Assembly: GCA_963775555.1 (NCBI GenBank)
Contig: CAVZJJ010000002.1
Span: forward strand, 647,397 to 711,396
Direction: 5' to 3'
Source: an uncultured Bacteroidota bacterium
GTDB lineage: Bacteria > Bacteroidota > Bacteroidia > AKYH767-A > 2013-40CM-41-45
Length of the DNA: 64,000 nucleotides
Part shown: piece by piece, positions 1-11,924 of the stretch
Numbering within the stretch: the stretch's first letter is position 1
How the letters are laid out: the number at the start of each line of letters is the position of its first letter
Notes under the pieces: model-generated
Database searches by the model: none
What the model was told of the DNA's origin: nothing
Seen by the model: only the letters and a program-made list of their open reading frames with translations
Position numbers and translations under genes: made by a program

Positions 1-473
1 TAAGGATCACCGGGTAGCCCACTTCCTTCGCAATTTTCATTCCGCTCTTTAAATCTTTGAGCAAGCCTTCGGTTCCGGGAATTGTTGGCACGCCGGCTTT
101 CTTCATCGTTTCTTTCGCGTTGGCTTTATCTCCCATCTGATCTATCTGAAAAGGAGTGGCGCCGATGAATTTAATTCCGTGTTCTTCGCAAATTGCGCTG
201 AACTTTGAATTCTCAGAGAGAAATCCATAACCGGGATGGATAGCATCAGCATTGGTAATTTCTGCCGCGGCTATAATTCTTGAAATATTCAGATAGGAAT
301 CCCTGCTTGGCGGAGGACCAATGCAGACTGCTTCATCCGCGAAGCGAACATGCAGACTTTCTTTGTCGGCCGTACTATACACCGCCACCGTATGAATGCC
401 CATCTCTTTGCAAGTGCGTATGATCCGTAAGGGCAATCTCACCGCGGTTAGCGATCAATATTTTTTTGAACAT
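1..473 (-). CDS. accC: acetyl-CoA carboxylase biotin carboxylase subunit, 5' part (runs off window; one apparent frameshift near 430)
   Basis: ATG at 473 reads [15 protein letters not shown]; shifted frame continues with [23 protein letters not shown] and [11 protein letters not shown]. Confidence 0.92.
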
Positions 474-607
474 GGTACTAATTTGAAAAGTTGTCCGCCG
501 GAGCGAAAGCATGATTAGGATTGACGATAGTATCCTCTAAGTGATTGGGGAAAACCCGGGATTAATCTTGTTGGAAAAATCCAGGATATATCCTGGTTCT
601 TCGGATA

Positions 608-1149
608 TCAACTGGGGTCTACAAGAAACAAGGGCTGATCGTATTCAACAGGTGTTGCATTGTCAACCGAGTACCTTTACGATCTTGCCGCTTATCTCGC
701 ATTCAATTTCATTAAATAATTTCATTGCTTCAATAATGCACAGCACCTTTCCGGGTTTAACTTCATCTCCTACATTCACAAAAACTGGTTTCTCGGGAGT
801 TGAGGAGCGGTAGAAAGTTCCGATCATGGGTGATTTGATCGTAATGTATTTGCTGTCAGTTTCAGTAACGGCTGCTTCAACAGGCGCAGCCATTCTTTCA
901 ACGGGAGAAGGAGTACTTACCGGTGTATGTGCTGTGAACAAACTGCTGTACCGGTGCCGCATGAACCTGGCTACTGATACCTCCGTGTGTTGTCTTGATT
1001 GTAATTTTAAAATCCTTCTGCTCCAGACTCACTTCACTAACCCCGCTGCTTTGTACAAATTTTATCAGTCTTTCGATTTCAGGTAGGTTCATGGATGAGG
1101 GTATGGGCTCGACTTTCAATTTAGCAACTGGTGCTTTTTTGCTTTTCAT
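608..1149 (-). CDS. accB: biotin carboxyl carrier protein (apparent frameshifts)
   Basis: ORF pieces MNLPEIERLIKFVQSSGVSEV, SPMIGTFYRS, biotinylation motif IEAMKLFNEI; C-terminus VEYDQPLFLVDPS* read by hand. Confidence 0.9.
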
Positions 1150-1362
1150 TACGAAATTTTATGTTCTTGGCAGGCCCGAAGGCCGGGAACAGAATTCAAA
1201 CCTACATGAAATTTCAAAAAGAGCAAAATTCTTTATAGACTCGGGCTCAGCCGCATGGCCTGAATCAGTGAGTTTCAGCTTTTTCCTTCATAATATCTGT
1301 CTGGCCTACGAAGAGATTCTTAAGCACAAAATCATTGAAAGGGCCACAAAACCTTATTATAT

Positions 1363-1402
1363 GAAAAAAAACGGGAAACGATATTTAATCGTTTCCCGTT
1401 TT
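1363..1402. terminator. intrinsic terminator-like hairpin downstream of the FadL-like gene
   Basis: AAAAAAACGGGAAACGAT-loop-ATCGTTTCCCGTTTTT inverted repeat with A/T tails. Confidence 0.6.
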
Positions 1403-1545
1403 TCTGTTTATGAAATGAACCCGAAGGAGTCAGTTAAATATTTTTATGTTGTTAAAAATTAACCGATTACGATTTTTATAATCACAAATTCCCAACACCT
1501 ATCCGATCTGTTCATAAATGTTAGATCGGATCAGATGATTCCTTT

Positions 1546-2859
1546 TTAGAAACTCAGATCAATACCTAATGCAAAGGCATTCATAGAATTGTTCACTTTC
1601 ACACTCACATCCAGCGGTTCAGCAATTTTTGCCTGGATTTGTTGGTCCTTTGCCCAGAATGTATGCATATAACCGATATTGACGCGAATGGCCTTTGATG
1701 CTCTTACTGCAACTCCGGTATTGATGTTGTAGTTATTATCCTGCATCACTTCGTAGGTTCCCATACGTGTGTAGTATCCTTCTTTATCTTTCCATGCATA
1801 ATTAGTGTATCCACCACCGATACTGCTGGTGATCAGCGGACTTATTTTATATTGTATACCCGCTGCTACTGTAGAAGCATTTCCTGCCAACTCCGACCAG
1901 TTTTGGTCGTTGGTGATCGCGGATGATTTTCCCCAGTTTGCATTTTTCTGGAAGTAGTAATTATAATCGGCAAAGGCGCGGAATTTTTCAGAGAAATTAT
2001 AGGAAGCTCCGAAAGCAAGTACAGCCGGTAAGTCACGACGATTTAATTCACCATCAACGGTTGCACCGAAATCGTCGGTGATTTGATTGGTTTTAAAATC
2101 AAGGTTCACTTGTGATTCATAGCGTGTGGAAAAATTTAATTTTTCTGTAGCATCGACATTTATTCCGATCACTACTCCCATTCCACTGGCCGTTTCTTCT
2201 GTTTCAAGCGCGAGCGGCATATCCTCCAGGTCGAATCGGAGAAGTAGTTAAAGTCATGCCTGCTTTTGTTTTGTTTTTTGCACTGATATATCGTATAGCT
2301 GTGGCGAAGGAAATGCTTTTACTTACCTGATAAGTTCCTCCCAGAGTAGTAGTCAGATAATATCGAACTCGCTTTGAGGGAAGGATCTTTAATTTCTGCA
2401 TAGGCTCCACCTGCACCCATCAATGCCTGCAGGCCGATGAGATCAGTAGTAATCGAACCGGTAGGATAATTCATCGTTGCTCCGCCTCCGGAAATATATA
2501 CACCGGTAAACAAGGCCCAATTGTTCTTTTTAAATGCTGCATAGAAGTTTGGAATAAAAGCATCAGCTCCATCTTGTGAATAGCTTTGTGTTCCTTGCCC
2601 AAGACCCAGGTCATAAGAGTGGGATGGTTTGCGGAACAAACTCTGATTGCTAAGGTTCACATGGAAACCGTTTGAAAGTTTGGTGATACCCGCCGGATTA
2701 TATACCACGGCATCAGTTGCATCCGTTGAAGCATTTCGTGCTGCCGGTGCGAATCCATTCAGCACTCATGTTGGCAAGATTATCCATCTGTGCCTTGGCG
2801 ATGGTTACGCCAAACATTGAAAGAAGGATCATAATGATCCACTTGTTGTTGTTTTTCAT
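1546..2859 (-). CDS. FadL/OmpP1-family outer-membrane transport protein (split by frameshifts)
   Basis: Signal peptide from ATG 2859; ARNASTDATDAVVYNPAGITKL N-terminal motif; beta-barrel ending in C-terminal Phe (GIDLSF). Confidence 0.75.
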
Positions 2860-3363
2860 TGGATAGATTTACAGTTTGTTCTTGTCTTTAACTGCATTCC
2901 CTTAGATCGGTTTATCGAATCGTAGCCGATTTCTTACAGTTTTATATTGGAAAAATTAACGGAAAAAGGAGTGTGATTAAGCAAGATCACATCTCCTGGC
3001 CCAAAAAACAGTTTTTAAAACCGGGATTTATGACAAGGGCTACTGAATAATGAAGTCGTATTAATTGGGCTTCTTGCTATTAAATATGCTTTTTTCACAA
3101 GAAATATTTTTACCACGGAGGCACAGAGAAAAAGAAGATCAGGGAGATTAATTATATAGGATTAGTCATTTAGCTCCAGAATGCTCAACCACAAAGGCCT
3201 CAATTATTAATGACTCACTTCATAATTTTTCCTTGATGAAAAATTATGCAACGTGTCCGCCTGCTGGCGGAATAAATCAAGACCAATTGATCCTGCCAGC
3301 CGCTGCTTCCCGCGCAATTGGTCCGGCCCACGCGCCGCTATGAACAAGTATAGCAGGAATGAA

Positions 3364-4359
3364 TTAAATTGCCCATTTCACCCAGATACTTCCCCAGGTA
3401 AATCCACCACCGAAAGCTGCAAGAATCAGGTTGTCGCCTTTCTTCAATTTCTTTTCCCAGTCCCAAAGACAAAGTGGAATCGTTGCCGTTGGTCGTGTTG
3501 CCGTACTTTTGTATGTTGAGCATAACCTTGCTGTCATCAAGCCCCATCCGGTTGCGAGGTTGCATCAATGATGCGCTTGTTTGCCTGATGTGGAACAAGC
3601 CATGCAATATCTTCCGACTTTCAAATTATTTCTTTCCATGATATCTGCAGATACCTGTGCCATATTCACAACAGCGGCTTTAAAAACAGGTTGTCCATCC
3701 TGAAAAACGAAATGCTCTTTTGCATCGACTGGTTTTATGCGAAGGCGGACTCACGGAACCGCCGGCTTTTTGATGAAGATGAATTCTACCGGCCCCATCG
3801 CTTTTAAAATGGAGTCCAATGATGCCATAATCCTTCTGTATTTGGTTCCAGCAATACAGCACCGGCACCGTCACCAAAAAGTACGCAGGTGGTTCTGTCG
3901 GTATAGTCAACAATGCGCGACATTTTATCTGCACCTACGACAACTACTTTTTTATACTGTCCTGATTCAATATATTTGGAACCTGTCACCAAAGCAAATA
4001 AAAATCCTGAGCAGGCAGCAGAGATATCAAAGCCAAATGCATTTTTTGCACCTACTTTATCGGTGATGATATTTGCGGTGGCGGGAAATAACATAGTCAG
4101 GGGTTGTTGTGGCACAGATCAGCAAGTCAATTTCTGATGGGTCGATGCCGCGTTTTTTACACATCTCCAAAACAGCAGGGGCAGCAAGATCTGAGGTACC
4201 TTTTCCTGCACCTTTCAATATTCTGCGTTCTTTAACACCAGTTCGGGTGGTGATCCATTCGTCTGTGGTGTCCACCATTTTTTCCAGGTCGCCATTACTC
4301 AAAACAAATTCGGGAACGTAGCCACCGACGGCAGTAATCGCAGCTGTTATTTTTGACAT
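3364..4359 (-). CDS. fabH: 3-oxoacyl-ACP synthase III (frameshifted in this sequence)
   Basis: [32 protein letters not shown] and KYGNT motifs across adjacent frames. Confidence 0.92.
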
Positions 4360-4456
4360 TGTTATGGAATTGGGTAGCGAAGTTATAAGATAAATTTGAA
4401 ATTCATAATTCGTCCCAGCAGATAGCTTAAAAAACCATTCGTAAAATGCGGTAAAA

Positions 4457-5417
4457 TCAGGAAACAATTTCTTTGCTGAATGCTTTCGCAATTTTTCCTG
4501 CTAAGCCGGCTTCGCATACTTCTTGGACTAGGAGGATCATGTTCTTAATGGCCTTTGCCTTGCTGATACCGTGAGCGATGATCACCGCGGAGTTGATTCC
4601 CAGAATGGGTGTACCACCATAATCTTCATAGTCAAAGCGGTCGAAGTAAGCATCTTTAATGCCTCTTTTTCGAATCATTGTAATAAAATGATTCGGCTTG
4701 TTTAATAATAACGTTACCTGTAAATCCATCGCAGACGATTACATCCGCTTGTATCATTGAAGAGATCACGTCCTTCTACGTTGCCGATGAAATTTATATC
4801 CTTTGTTTCTTTGAGCAACTGATGTGTTTCTTTTACCAGGAGATTTCCTTTTTCTTCTTCTTCGCCAATGCTCATCAATCCAATACGAGGGTTTTTTATA
4901 TGCAAAAGGTTCTCGGCATAGATCGACCCGAGAATAGCAAACTGTTGCAGGATCTTCCGGTTTGCAATCTGCATTCACTCCGACATCCAAAATTAATCCC
5001 CAGCCACCATCTTCCTTCGGCAAGAGAGAAGCTATGGCAGGCCGTAGAATTCCGGGAATTGCTTTCACGCGTAAACATTGAACCCACAAGCATGGCACCT
5101 GTGTTTCCTGCAGAAGCGAAAGAATCAATGCGTCCTTCTTTCAGCCATTGAAAACCGACAACGATACTGGAATCTGTTTTTTGTTGAAATGCTTTTGTAG
5201 GATGATCCGACATGGAGATCAGACCGGGGGTGATGTACAATTTCCATCGCATCTTCCGCGACACCTTCCTGCTTCAGAATAGGAAGAATCATATCCTTAG
5301 TTGCCAAAAAGTACAAGCTGGATTTCGGAAGGCAATTCCCGCCAGGCCGCAATTGCACCTAAGAGTTGTTTGTTCAGGAGCAAAATCGCCACCCATTATG
5401 TCAACGCCTATTCTCAT
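4457..5417 (-). CDS. plsX: phosphate acyltransferase PlsX (frameshifted in this sequence)
   Basis: [14 protein letters not shown] start; [33 protein letters not shown] and GGTPILGI motifs. Confidence 0.92.
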
Positions 5418-5531
5418 GATACGCTTTGCGTTTTCAATTCATTGTATCAAAATAACAGAATAACAAAAAGCAGCTGACATACCGGCATTCCGATTTTGTC
5501 AACTGCTTCATGTCAATTTGTTTGATCACGC

Positions 5532-5723
5532 TTACGCGCTGGCACTTTTTTCCATCACCACTTTTCCTTTATAGTACAATTTACCTTCGTACCAGTGTGC
5601 GCGGTGATATAAATGAGGTTGACCTGTGGTTGGATCAGTAGCAACAGTAGGAGCTTCTGCTTTCCAGTGGGTTCTTCTTTTATCTCTTCGTGATTTCGAA
5701 TGTCGGTGTTTCGGATTTGGCAT
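5532..5723 (-). CDS. rpmF: 50S ribosomal protein L32
   Basis: [21 protein letters not shown]; located between DUF177 and plsX. Confidence 0.95.
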   Translation of the reverse strand: MPNPKHRHSKSRRDKRRTHWKAEAPTVATDPTTGQPHLYHRAHWYEGKLYYKGKVVMEKSASA

Positions 5724-5785
5724 GGTATTGTGGTATTATTGCTTTTCGTTAATTTATCTGTTTAATTTCGATTTCCGCTGAGATA

Positions 5786-6321
5786 TTAATTCAGGTTAAT
5801 GTTTTTTAAAATATCCCAACGAGGATCTGTAGGATGTTCTCCCTCGGTATTCAATCCGTGTTTCCCAAGTTCTTTCAGTACCTCCGGATCGCAGGAAGGA
5901 TTTCCGTTTTCGTCTTCGTGTACATTTCGCATCGGAATCAGACAGCGTAATGTATTCGTAGATGAAACGGGATATATCCAACTCATTTTCTTTTGCGGGA
6001 AGAATAAGAACATCTTCAGACACTTCCTGTTCTTCTTTCACATCACCGAACTTTACAATCAGTTCGTTGAAGCTTTCCATCTCCAATTCAAGATCTTCAA
6101 GACAACGATCACATGCAAGAATCAATGCACCTTCCATGGTGAAATCAAGCAACAACATGTTGTCTTTTTTCTCTACCACTACCAGAACATCAACATCACC
6201 ATTTTGAACAGGTGAATGTTCAAATTTCTGAAAGAACGAATCGTCAATGCGGTATTCAAACTCATGCTCACCTTCTGCCAAACTTCCGAAATTGATCACA
6301 AACTCTCGTCTGGCCGGTCAT
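5786..6321 (-). CDS. YceD/DUF177 family protein (frameshifted)
   Basis: CDRCLE motif, DPRWDILK C-terminus, upstream of rpmF. Confidence 0.85.
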
Positions 6322-6489
6322 GAAAATCCTCCCAATTTTTAAGGGCGACAAAGGTAGAAATAAAAGGCTTCGAATCAATCTTTTCGATCGATTTTCTAAA
6401 TCAATTGATTGCGCATGTATTCCTTACCTTGTATCTGGGGTTTTTCATTTGACCCAGTATTAAAGTATTGATTAACATTAAATTGTAAA

Positions 6490-7326
6490 TTGTTCGCTAA
6501 AAAAAACGACCGCTATTTCCTTTCCTCTTATTACATTCGCCGTCCGGTTCTAAAAGTGAAAAAACTCTCAAAATATCTTCTGTTTCCCTTCCAATGGCTG
6601 TGGCGTTCATTCTATTTTATTAATGCTGTCATCACTTTTTTCGTTTTTTTTCCATTTTTTGGCATTTTGCTCCTGCGAAGCGAATGGTTTCCGCTCGTTT
6701 TTAAGTTAAAAAAAATCTGGGCTCATTTCATCCTTTGGCCGGCTCTGGTATTCTATAAGATAGACAGCCGATTTAAGCCGAAGCCGGGTCAATCCTACGT
6801 ATTTTGCCCGAATCATACTTCTTACCTCGACATCATGCTCATATATATAAGTATACCTGTATACTTTCATACCATGGGTAAGGCCGAATTGAGGAAAGTG
6901 CCCTTTTTTCGCCATTTTTTCGATAAAATGAATATTCCGGTAAACAGAAAAAGCAGAATGGATTCTCACCGCGCCTTTCTGAGAGCCGCATCTGATCTGG
7001 AAAAAGGAATTAGTATCACTTTATTTCCGGAAGGAACCATTCACCACAACGGTCCACGAATAGGCCGGTTTAAAAATGGACCCTTCCGCCTGGCCATTCA
7101 GGCGCAGGTTCCTGTCGTACCTATCACGTTTTTAGATAATTGGGTGCTGCTTCCCGATGACTTTAAGAAAAGAACCGGTCACCCCGGAATTTCACATGTG
7201 ATCATACACAAGCCAATTCCGACGAAGGGAATGACTGAGGCCGATATGGAGACCCTTAAGGCTAAAGTGTATCAGGTGATGAAAGACCCTTTAGCAAATA
7301 AATTTCCGGAAGAATTTCCTGCTTAA
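6490..7326 (+). CDS. lysophospholipid acyltransferase (PlsC family); true start may be downstream
   Basis: NHTSYLD and FPEGT motifs. Confidence 0.88.
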   Translation: MFAKKNDRYFLSSYYIRRPVLKVKKLSKYLLFPFQWLWRSFYFINAVITFFVFFPFFGILLLRSEWFPLVFKLKKIWAHFILWPALVFYKIDSRFKPKPGQSYVFCPNHTSYLDIMLIYISIPVYFHTMGKAELRKVPFFRHFFDKMNIPVNRKSRMDSHRAFLRAASDLEKGISITLFPEGTIHHNGPRIGRFKNGPFRLAIQAQVPVVPITFLDNWVLLPDDFKKRTGHPGISHVIIHKPIPTKGMTEADMETLKAKVYQVMKDPLANKFPEEFPA

Positions 7327-7350
7327 GTATTTGTTAATCTGTTGGTTAGA

Positions 7351-7767
7351 TTAGCAATATTCTTCAAATGCTGCCTTCAGATTTTCGGCAATCATTTCTG
7401 CAGAACGTCCTTCAATATGATGACGCTCAAGGAAATGGACCAATTTTCCATCTTTAAATAAGGCAATCGAAGGAGAAGAAGGCGGATAAGGCAGGGTGAA
7501 TTTACGTGCTTCAGCTGTCGCTTCAAGGTCCTGTCCTGCGAAAACAGTAGTTAATTTGTTAGGACGCTTTTCACTTTGCAGGGACAATCTTACTCCCGGG
7601 CGGGCTGTTCCGGCAGCACAACCGCAGACGGAATTCAACACGAGAAGCACAGTTCCTTTACTGGATGGAATTGTATTGTCAACATCTTCAACGGTTTTCA
7701 GTTCTTCAAAGCCGGCAGCGGTTAGTTCCTGGCGCATCGGCGCACAGATATATTCAGGATATGGCAT
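7351..7767 (-). CDS. BrxA/BrxB family bacilliredoxin
   Basis: NSVCGCAAGTARPG and PPSSPSIALFKDG motifs. Confidence 0.9.
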   Translation of the reverse strand: MPYPEYICAPMRQELTAAGFEELKTVEDVDNTIPSSKGTVLLVLNSVCGCAAGTARPGVRLSLQSEKRPNKLTTVFAGQDLEATAEARKFTLPYPPSSPSIALFKDGKLVHFLERHHIEGRSAEMIAENLKAAFEEYC

Positions 7768-7998
7768 TCTTATAGGTTTTTATTGTTTTCTGATACAAAA
7801 TTACGATGAAAAATGTCACACATGACCGGCTCCCAATGATTAATACCGCGTTCTGTTGCTTTTTTCAATGCCTTCAACAAATGTGCTTTCGAAAAGTTCA
7901 GATTCTTACATATGTCAGAGTGGACACTTATTCACGATCCCCCACCTTCCTTGTCGAGTACTTTGCATGTAATCAACATGACATTCATTTCACACCGC

Positions 7999-8427
7999 AT
8001 GACACGGAAAACTTTAGTTTTTTTATTTTTATTCTGTTCCTGCAAGCACTTGCTCTTTGCGCAAGACGTACTCGACAATAAAATATATAGGGTAACGGCT
8101 TATAAAAATGGGAATAATCAGATTACCAGTACTTCAAATTATGCCGAAGTAATTCCTCCATTGAACATATACATTCCCAATGCTTTTACCCCGAATGGTG
8201 ATGGAATGAATGACACCTTTGGAGTGAAAGGAGAAGGAATCAGGAATTTTCGTTTGTACATATACAATCGTTGGGGAGAAAAGATATTTGAAACGACCAA
8301 TCCTAAACAGCAATGGGATGGCTATTATAATGGGCAACCCGTTGAACAAGGCACTTATGTAGTGCAGGTTTTCGCCTATGGTTTGTCAAAAAAGGCCAGC
8401 AATGCTTCCGTCACCCTTGTGAGATAA
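7999..8427 (+). CDS. small secreted protein made almost entirely of a T9SS type B (gliding-motility) C-terminal domain
   Basis: Signal peptide MTRKTLVFLFLF; IPNAFTPNGDGMNDTF, IYNRWGE, WDG and VTLVR end. Confidence 0.8.
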   Translation: MTRKTLVFLFLFCSCKHLLFAQDVLDNKIYRVTAYKNGNNQITSTSNYAEVIPPLNIYIPNAFTPNGDGMNDTFGVKGEGIRNFRLYIYNRWGEKIFETTNPKQQWDGYYNGQPVEQGTYVVQVFAYGLSKKASNASVTLVR

Positions 8428-8546
8428 ACGATATCCTTAAATTTCAGGCTAGAGGTGATTCTGCCCAAGAGGTGGTGTTTTTTGTCCTATATTAAAAAGA
8501 ACAGGTTCATTCTTTATTTCTATTTTTACGCTCAAATACAATTTTT

Positions 8547-8948
8547 ATGAGCCCCTCTTCGCGATACCCGGTAGTGATGTTGATCGATGATAATGAATTG
8601 GACAATTTCATCAACAAGAAACTGATCGAAAGTGAACACTTTGCAGAGAAAGTACTGATTCATGCTTCGGCGCAATCTGCCCTGGAAGAATTAAAAAGGA
8701 TATCGAACGAACCTGCTTCACTGCCCTCAGTTATTTTTCTTGACATCATGATGCCACATATGGATGGTTTCGGGTTTTTAGAAGAGTTCAATAAGCTGCC
8801 TGAATCCGCCAGGAAACAATGCAAGATCGTGATGCTTTCCACCTCCGAGAGCTTTAAAGACCTCAACAAAGCCAATCAGGATAAAAATGTTTATAAATTC
8901 CTGAATAAGCCCCTGAACAAAGCCGTTCTTGATGCAGTGAATATTTAA
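8547..8948 (+). CDS. single-domain response regulator
   Basis: LIDD, IFLDIMMPHMDG, FLNKP receiver motifs. Confidence 0.9.
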   Translation: MSPSSRYPVVMLIDDNELDNFINKKLIESEHFAEKVLIHASAQSALEELKRISNEPASLPSVIFLDIMMPHMDGFGFLEEFNKLPESARKQCKIVMLSTSESFKDLNKANQDKNVYKFLNKPLNKAVLDAVNI

Positions 8949-9117
8949 TTCAAGTATGTAGCCCTTGCAGCTTTATAAGCGGAAGATTTATTGCCGGATC
9001 GACATCCTCCTGCTTTCCCGAAACCCCAGTAAAATAGGTGCTTTCCAATGCTTTTGAGAATTGATAGACGGAATAATTATCCTTACATTTGCGCGGATTT
9101 TTATTCTTTTATCTCTT

Positions 9118-9552
9118 ATGTCTGCCCATTTATTTTCATTCAACCAGGTCCTGCTTGTTGATGATAGCGAAATCGATGTTCTCGTAAATCGCCGTCTGAT
9201 GGAGCTCACTTCATTTTCCGAAAGAGTCATCGTTACAGGTTCGGCTGAAGAAGGGATGCGTTATCTTCAGGAAGAATGTCGTAATGCGGAGGATGCTCCA
9301 GACTGGATTTTTTTAGATATGCATTTGCCCGGTAAAAGCGGCTATGATTTTATTGAAGAATTCAGCTCGCTCCCTGATTATATACGACTGAAATCACGTA
9401 TTATTATTCTCTCTGTTTTTCAAAAACCGGAACATCTTCAAAGGGCTTTGGAATCTCCTTTTGTTCATGGCCAAATGGACAAGCCACTTACACAACAAGC
9501 ACTTCGTGAATTATCGATTGCTTACTCCAGGACAATCAGCGCTTCTTTTTAA
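9118..9552 (+). CDS. single-domain response regulator
   Basis: LVDD, IFLDMHLPGKSG, DKP receiver motifs. Confidence 0.88.
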   Translation: MSAHLFSFNQVLLVDDSEIDVLVNRRLMELTSFSERVIVTGSAEEGMRYLQEECRNAEDAPDWIFLDMHLPGKSGYDFIEEFSSLPDYIRLKSRIIILSVFQKPEHLQRALESPFVHGQMDKPLTQQALRELSIAYSRTISASF

Positions 9553-9988
9553 AAAAATCTTTTAATAGTAAGGAGCATTCATCAGCCAGCACACCACCGA
9601 AAATTTCAGTCTTAGGATGTAATATCGAAGATGAAGTAAGAAGGAATCCTCTCTTTTCATCACTGGCGCCGTAAACGATACCGCCGATTTGTGTCCAGTA
9701 ACTGGCACCTGCACACATCACGCAGGGTTCGAGCGTAACATAGAGAATGCACTCATTCAGATATTTTGCACCTAAAAAATTCGCGGCAGCGGTAAAGGCC
9801 TGCATCTCGGCATGTGCAGTTACATCATTCAGTGTCTCTGTGAGGTTGTGGCCACGGCCAATGATCCGGTTCTGACAAACCACTACAGCACCCACAGGCA
9901 CTTCATCTCTTTCCATCGCAAGCCGGGCTTCCTTCAGGGCTTCCCCCATGAAACGGACCATATCTGTATCTGAGAATTTCATTTCCAT
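9536..9988 (-). CDS. tadA: tRNA adenosine deaminase / nucleoside deaminase
   Basis: EVPVGAV, HAE and TLEPCVMC zinc-deaminase motifs. Confidence 0.85.
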   Translation of the reverse strand: MEMKFSDTDMVRFMGEALKEARLAMERDEVPVGAVVVCQNRIIGRGHNLTETLNDVTAHAEMQAFTAAANFLGAKYLNECILYVTLEPCVMCAGASYWTQIGGIVYGASDEKRGFLLTSSSILHPKTEIFGGVLADECSLLLKDFFKKKR

Positions 9989-10144
9989 TTGTAAATTTAA
10001 CGAATGTATGGAATCGGAAGTGGATTTTATCTTCCGTGTTCTGAAGGACAGGATTGCCTTCCGGAAAATTCCCCCCTCAATATCGCTGGTGCAAGCCCCT
10101 CCCGCAAAATATTTTTACCTTCGCCTTTCAAAATTCTGTATAAC

Positions 10145-11893
10145 ATGTTAAGGACCCATACTTGCGGTGAATTGAAGTTAAACGATGTAAGCAAAGAGGT
10201 AATATTGTGTGGATGGGTACAACGCTCGCGTGACCTGGGAGGGATGACCTTCATAGACCTGCGCGACCGCTATGGCTTGACACAACTTGTTTTTAATATG
10301 GAAAGCAATGCTGCCTTGTGTGAGTCGGCACGTAAGCTGGGAAGGGAATTTGTTATCCGCGCACATGGTATTGTTACTGAAAGGAGCAATAAAAACTCCA
10401 AGCTTCCAACCGGAGATATCGAGGTAACTGTTTCGACTTTTGAAATACTGAATGCATCACTTACGCCTCCTTTTACCATCGAAGAAAATACGGATGGTGG
10501 TGATGACCTTCGCATGAAATACCGGTATCTTGATATCCGCCGTTCAATGGTAAAGGAATCTTTGATGTTGAGGGCTCGTATGGCAGCTGAAACAAGGAAT
10601 TACCTGAACAGCCAGAATTTTGTGGAGGTGGAAACTCCGGTACTGATAAAATCCACACCGGAAGGTGCCCGTGATTTTGTGGTTCCCTCACGCATGAACC
10701 CCGGAGAATTTTATGCCTTACCTCAATCACCGCAAACATTTAAACAGCTGCTCATGGTGGCAGGTTTGGATAAATACTACCAGGTTGTGAAATGTTTTCG
10801 TGATGAAGACCTGCGTGCCGACCGCCAACCGGAGTTCACACAGATTGATTGTGAAATGAGTTTTGTGGAACAGGAAGATATATTGCAAACTTTCGAGGGC
10901 CTAGTCACCCACCTTTTTGATAAAGTCAAAGGAGTAAATATGAAAGGGCTTCCCCGCATGACCTATGCCGAAGCAATGAAGCAGTATGGGAATGACAAAC
11001 CCGATATACGGTTTGAGATGAAGCTTCATGAAATGAATCCGCTCGTAAAAGGAAAGAACTTCAAGGTCTTCGATGATGCAGAAGCGGTACTTGCAATTTG
11101 TGCGAAAGGTTGCGCGGAGTATACACGTAAACAATTGGATGAATTAACGGACTGGGTGAAGCGACCACAACTCGGAGCGACAGGATTGGTGTATGCCCGG
11201 GTTAATCCCGATGGTTCTGTCAAATCTTCGGTCGATAAATTCTACTCACCCGATGATTTGAAGCAATGGGCACATTTTCTTCAGGCCTCTCCAGGCGACC
11301 TTATTCTTGTTTTAGCAGGCGTTGAAATAAAAACGCGCAAAGCAATGAGTGAGCTGAGACTGGAAATGGGGGAACGTCTTGGACTCAGAAGTAAAGATGT
11401 ATTTAAAGCACTTTGGGTACTTGACTTTCCTTTGCTGGAATGGAACGAGGAAAGTAAACGATGGCATGCGATGCATCATCCATTTACTGCACCTAAACCG
11501 GAGGACATGCCCTTGTTAGAAACTGATCCGGGAAAAGTTCGTGCCAATGCTTACGACATGGTCATTAATGGTGTGGAGGTGGGCGGAGGTTCTATCCGGA
11601 TTCACAACAAAGAACTTCAGCAAAGAATGTTTGCCACCCTTGGCTTCAGCAAAGAAGATGCTCAGGCTCAGTTTGGATTTTTAATGAATGCTTTTGAATA
11701 TGGAGCGCCTCCGCACGGTGGTGTTGCATTCGGCTTCGATCGATTGTGTTCACTTTTTGGCGGATCAGAATCTATACGTGACTATATCGCCTTCCCAAAA
11801 AATAATGCCGGGCGGGATGTGATGATTGATTCCCCTTCCAGCATTTCAGAAGAACAACTAAAGGAATTAAGTATCCGGGTTGTTAAGGCTTGA
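10145..11893 (+). CDS. aspS: aspartate--tRNA ligase
   Basis: [10 protein letters not shown] start; [37 protein letters not shown]. Confidence 0.97.
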   Translation: MLRTHTCGELKLNDVSKEVILCGWVQRSRDLGGMTFIDLRDRYGLTQLVFNMESNAALCESARKLGREFVIRAHGIVTERSNKNSKLPTGDIEVTVSTFEILNASLTPPFTIEENTDGGDDLRMKYRYLDIRRSMVKESLMLRARMAAETRNYLNSQNFVEVETPVLIKSTPEGARDFVVPSRMNPGEFYALPQSPQTFKQLLMVAGLDKYYQVVKCFRDEDLRADRQPEFTQIDCEMSFVEQEDILQTFEGLVTHLFDKVKGVNMKGLPRMTYAEAMKQYGNDKPDIRFEMKLHEMNPLVKGKNFKVFDDAEAVLAICAKGCAEYTRKQLDELTDWVKRPQLGATGLVYARVNPDGSVKSSVDKFYSPDDLKQWAHFLQASPGDLILVLAGVEIKTRKAMSELRLEMGERLGLRSKDVFKALWVLDFPLLEWNEESKRWHAMHHPFTAPKPEDMPLLETDPGKVRANAYDMVINGVEVGGGSIRIHNKELQQRMFATLGFSKEDAQAQFGFLMNAFEYGAPPHGGVAFGFDRLCSLFGGSESIRDYIAFPKNNAGRDVMIDSPSSISEEQLKELSIRVVKA

Positions 11894-11924
11894 TAAAAAG
11901 AGACAAAGGTTAAAACGGCCGGGC

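Noticed and set aside
1-6321. Apparent pseudogenisation or programmed frameshifting of accC, accB, FadL-like, fabH, plsX and yceD
   Set aside because: Many single-base indels in adjacent, largely essential genes, fading after ~6.3 kb. This fits low-coverage long-read consensus error better than biology.
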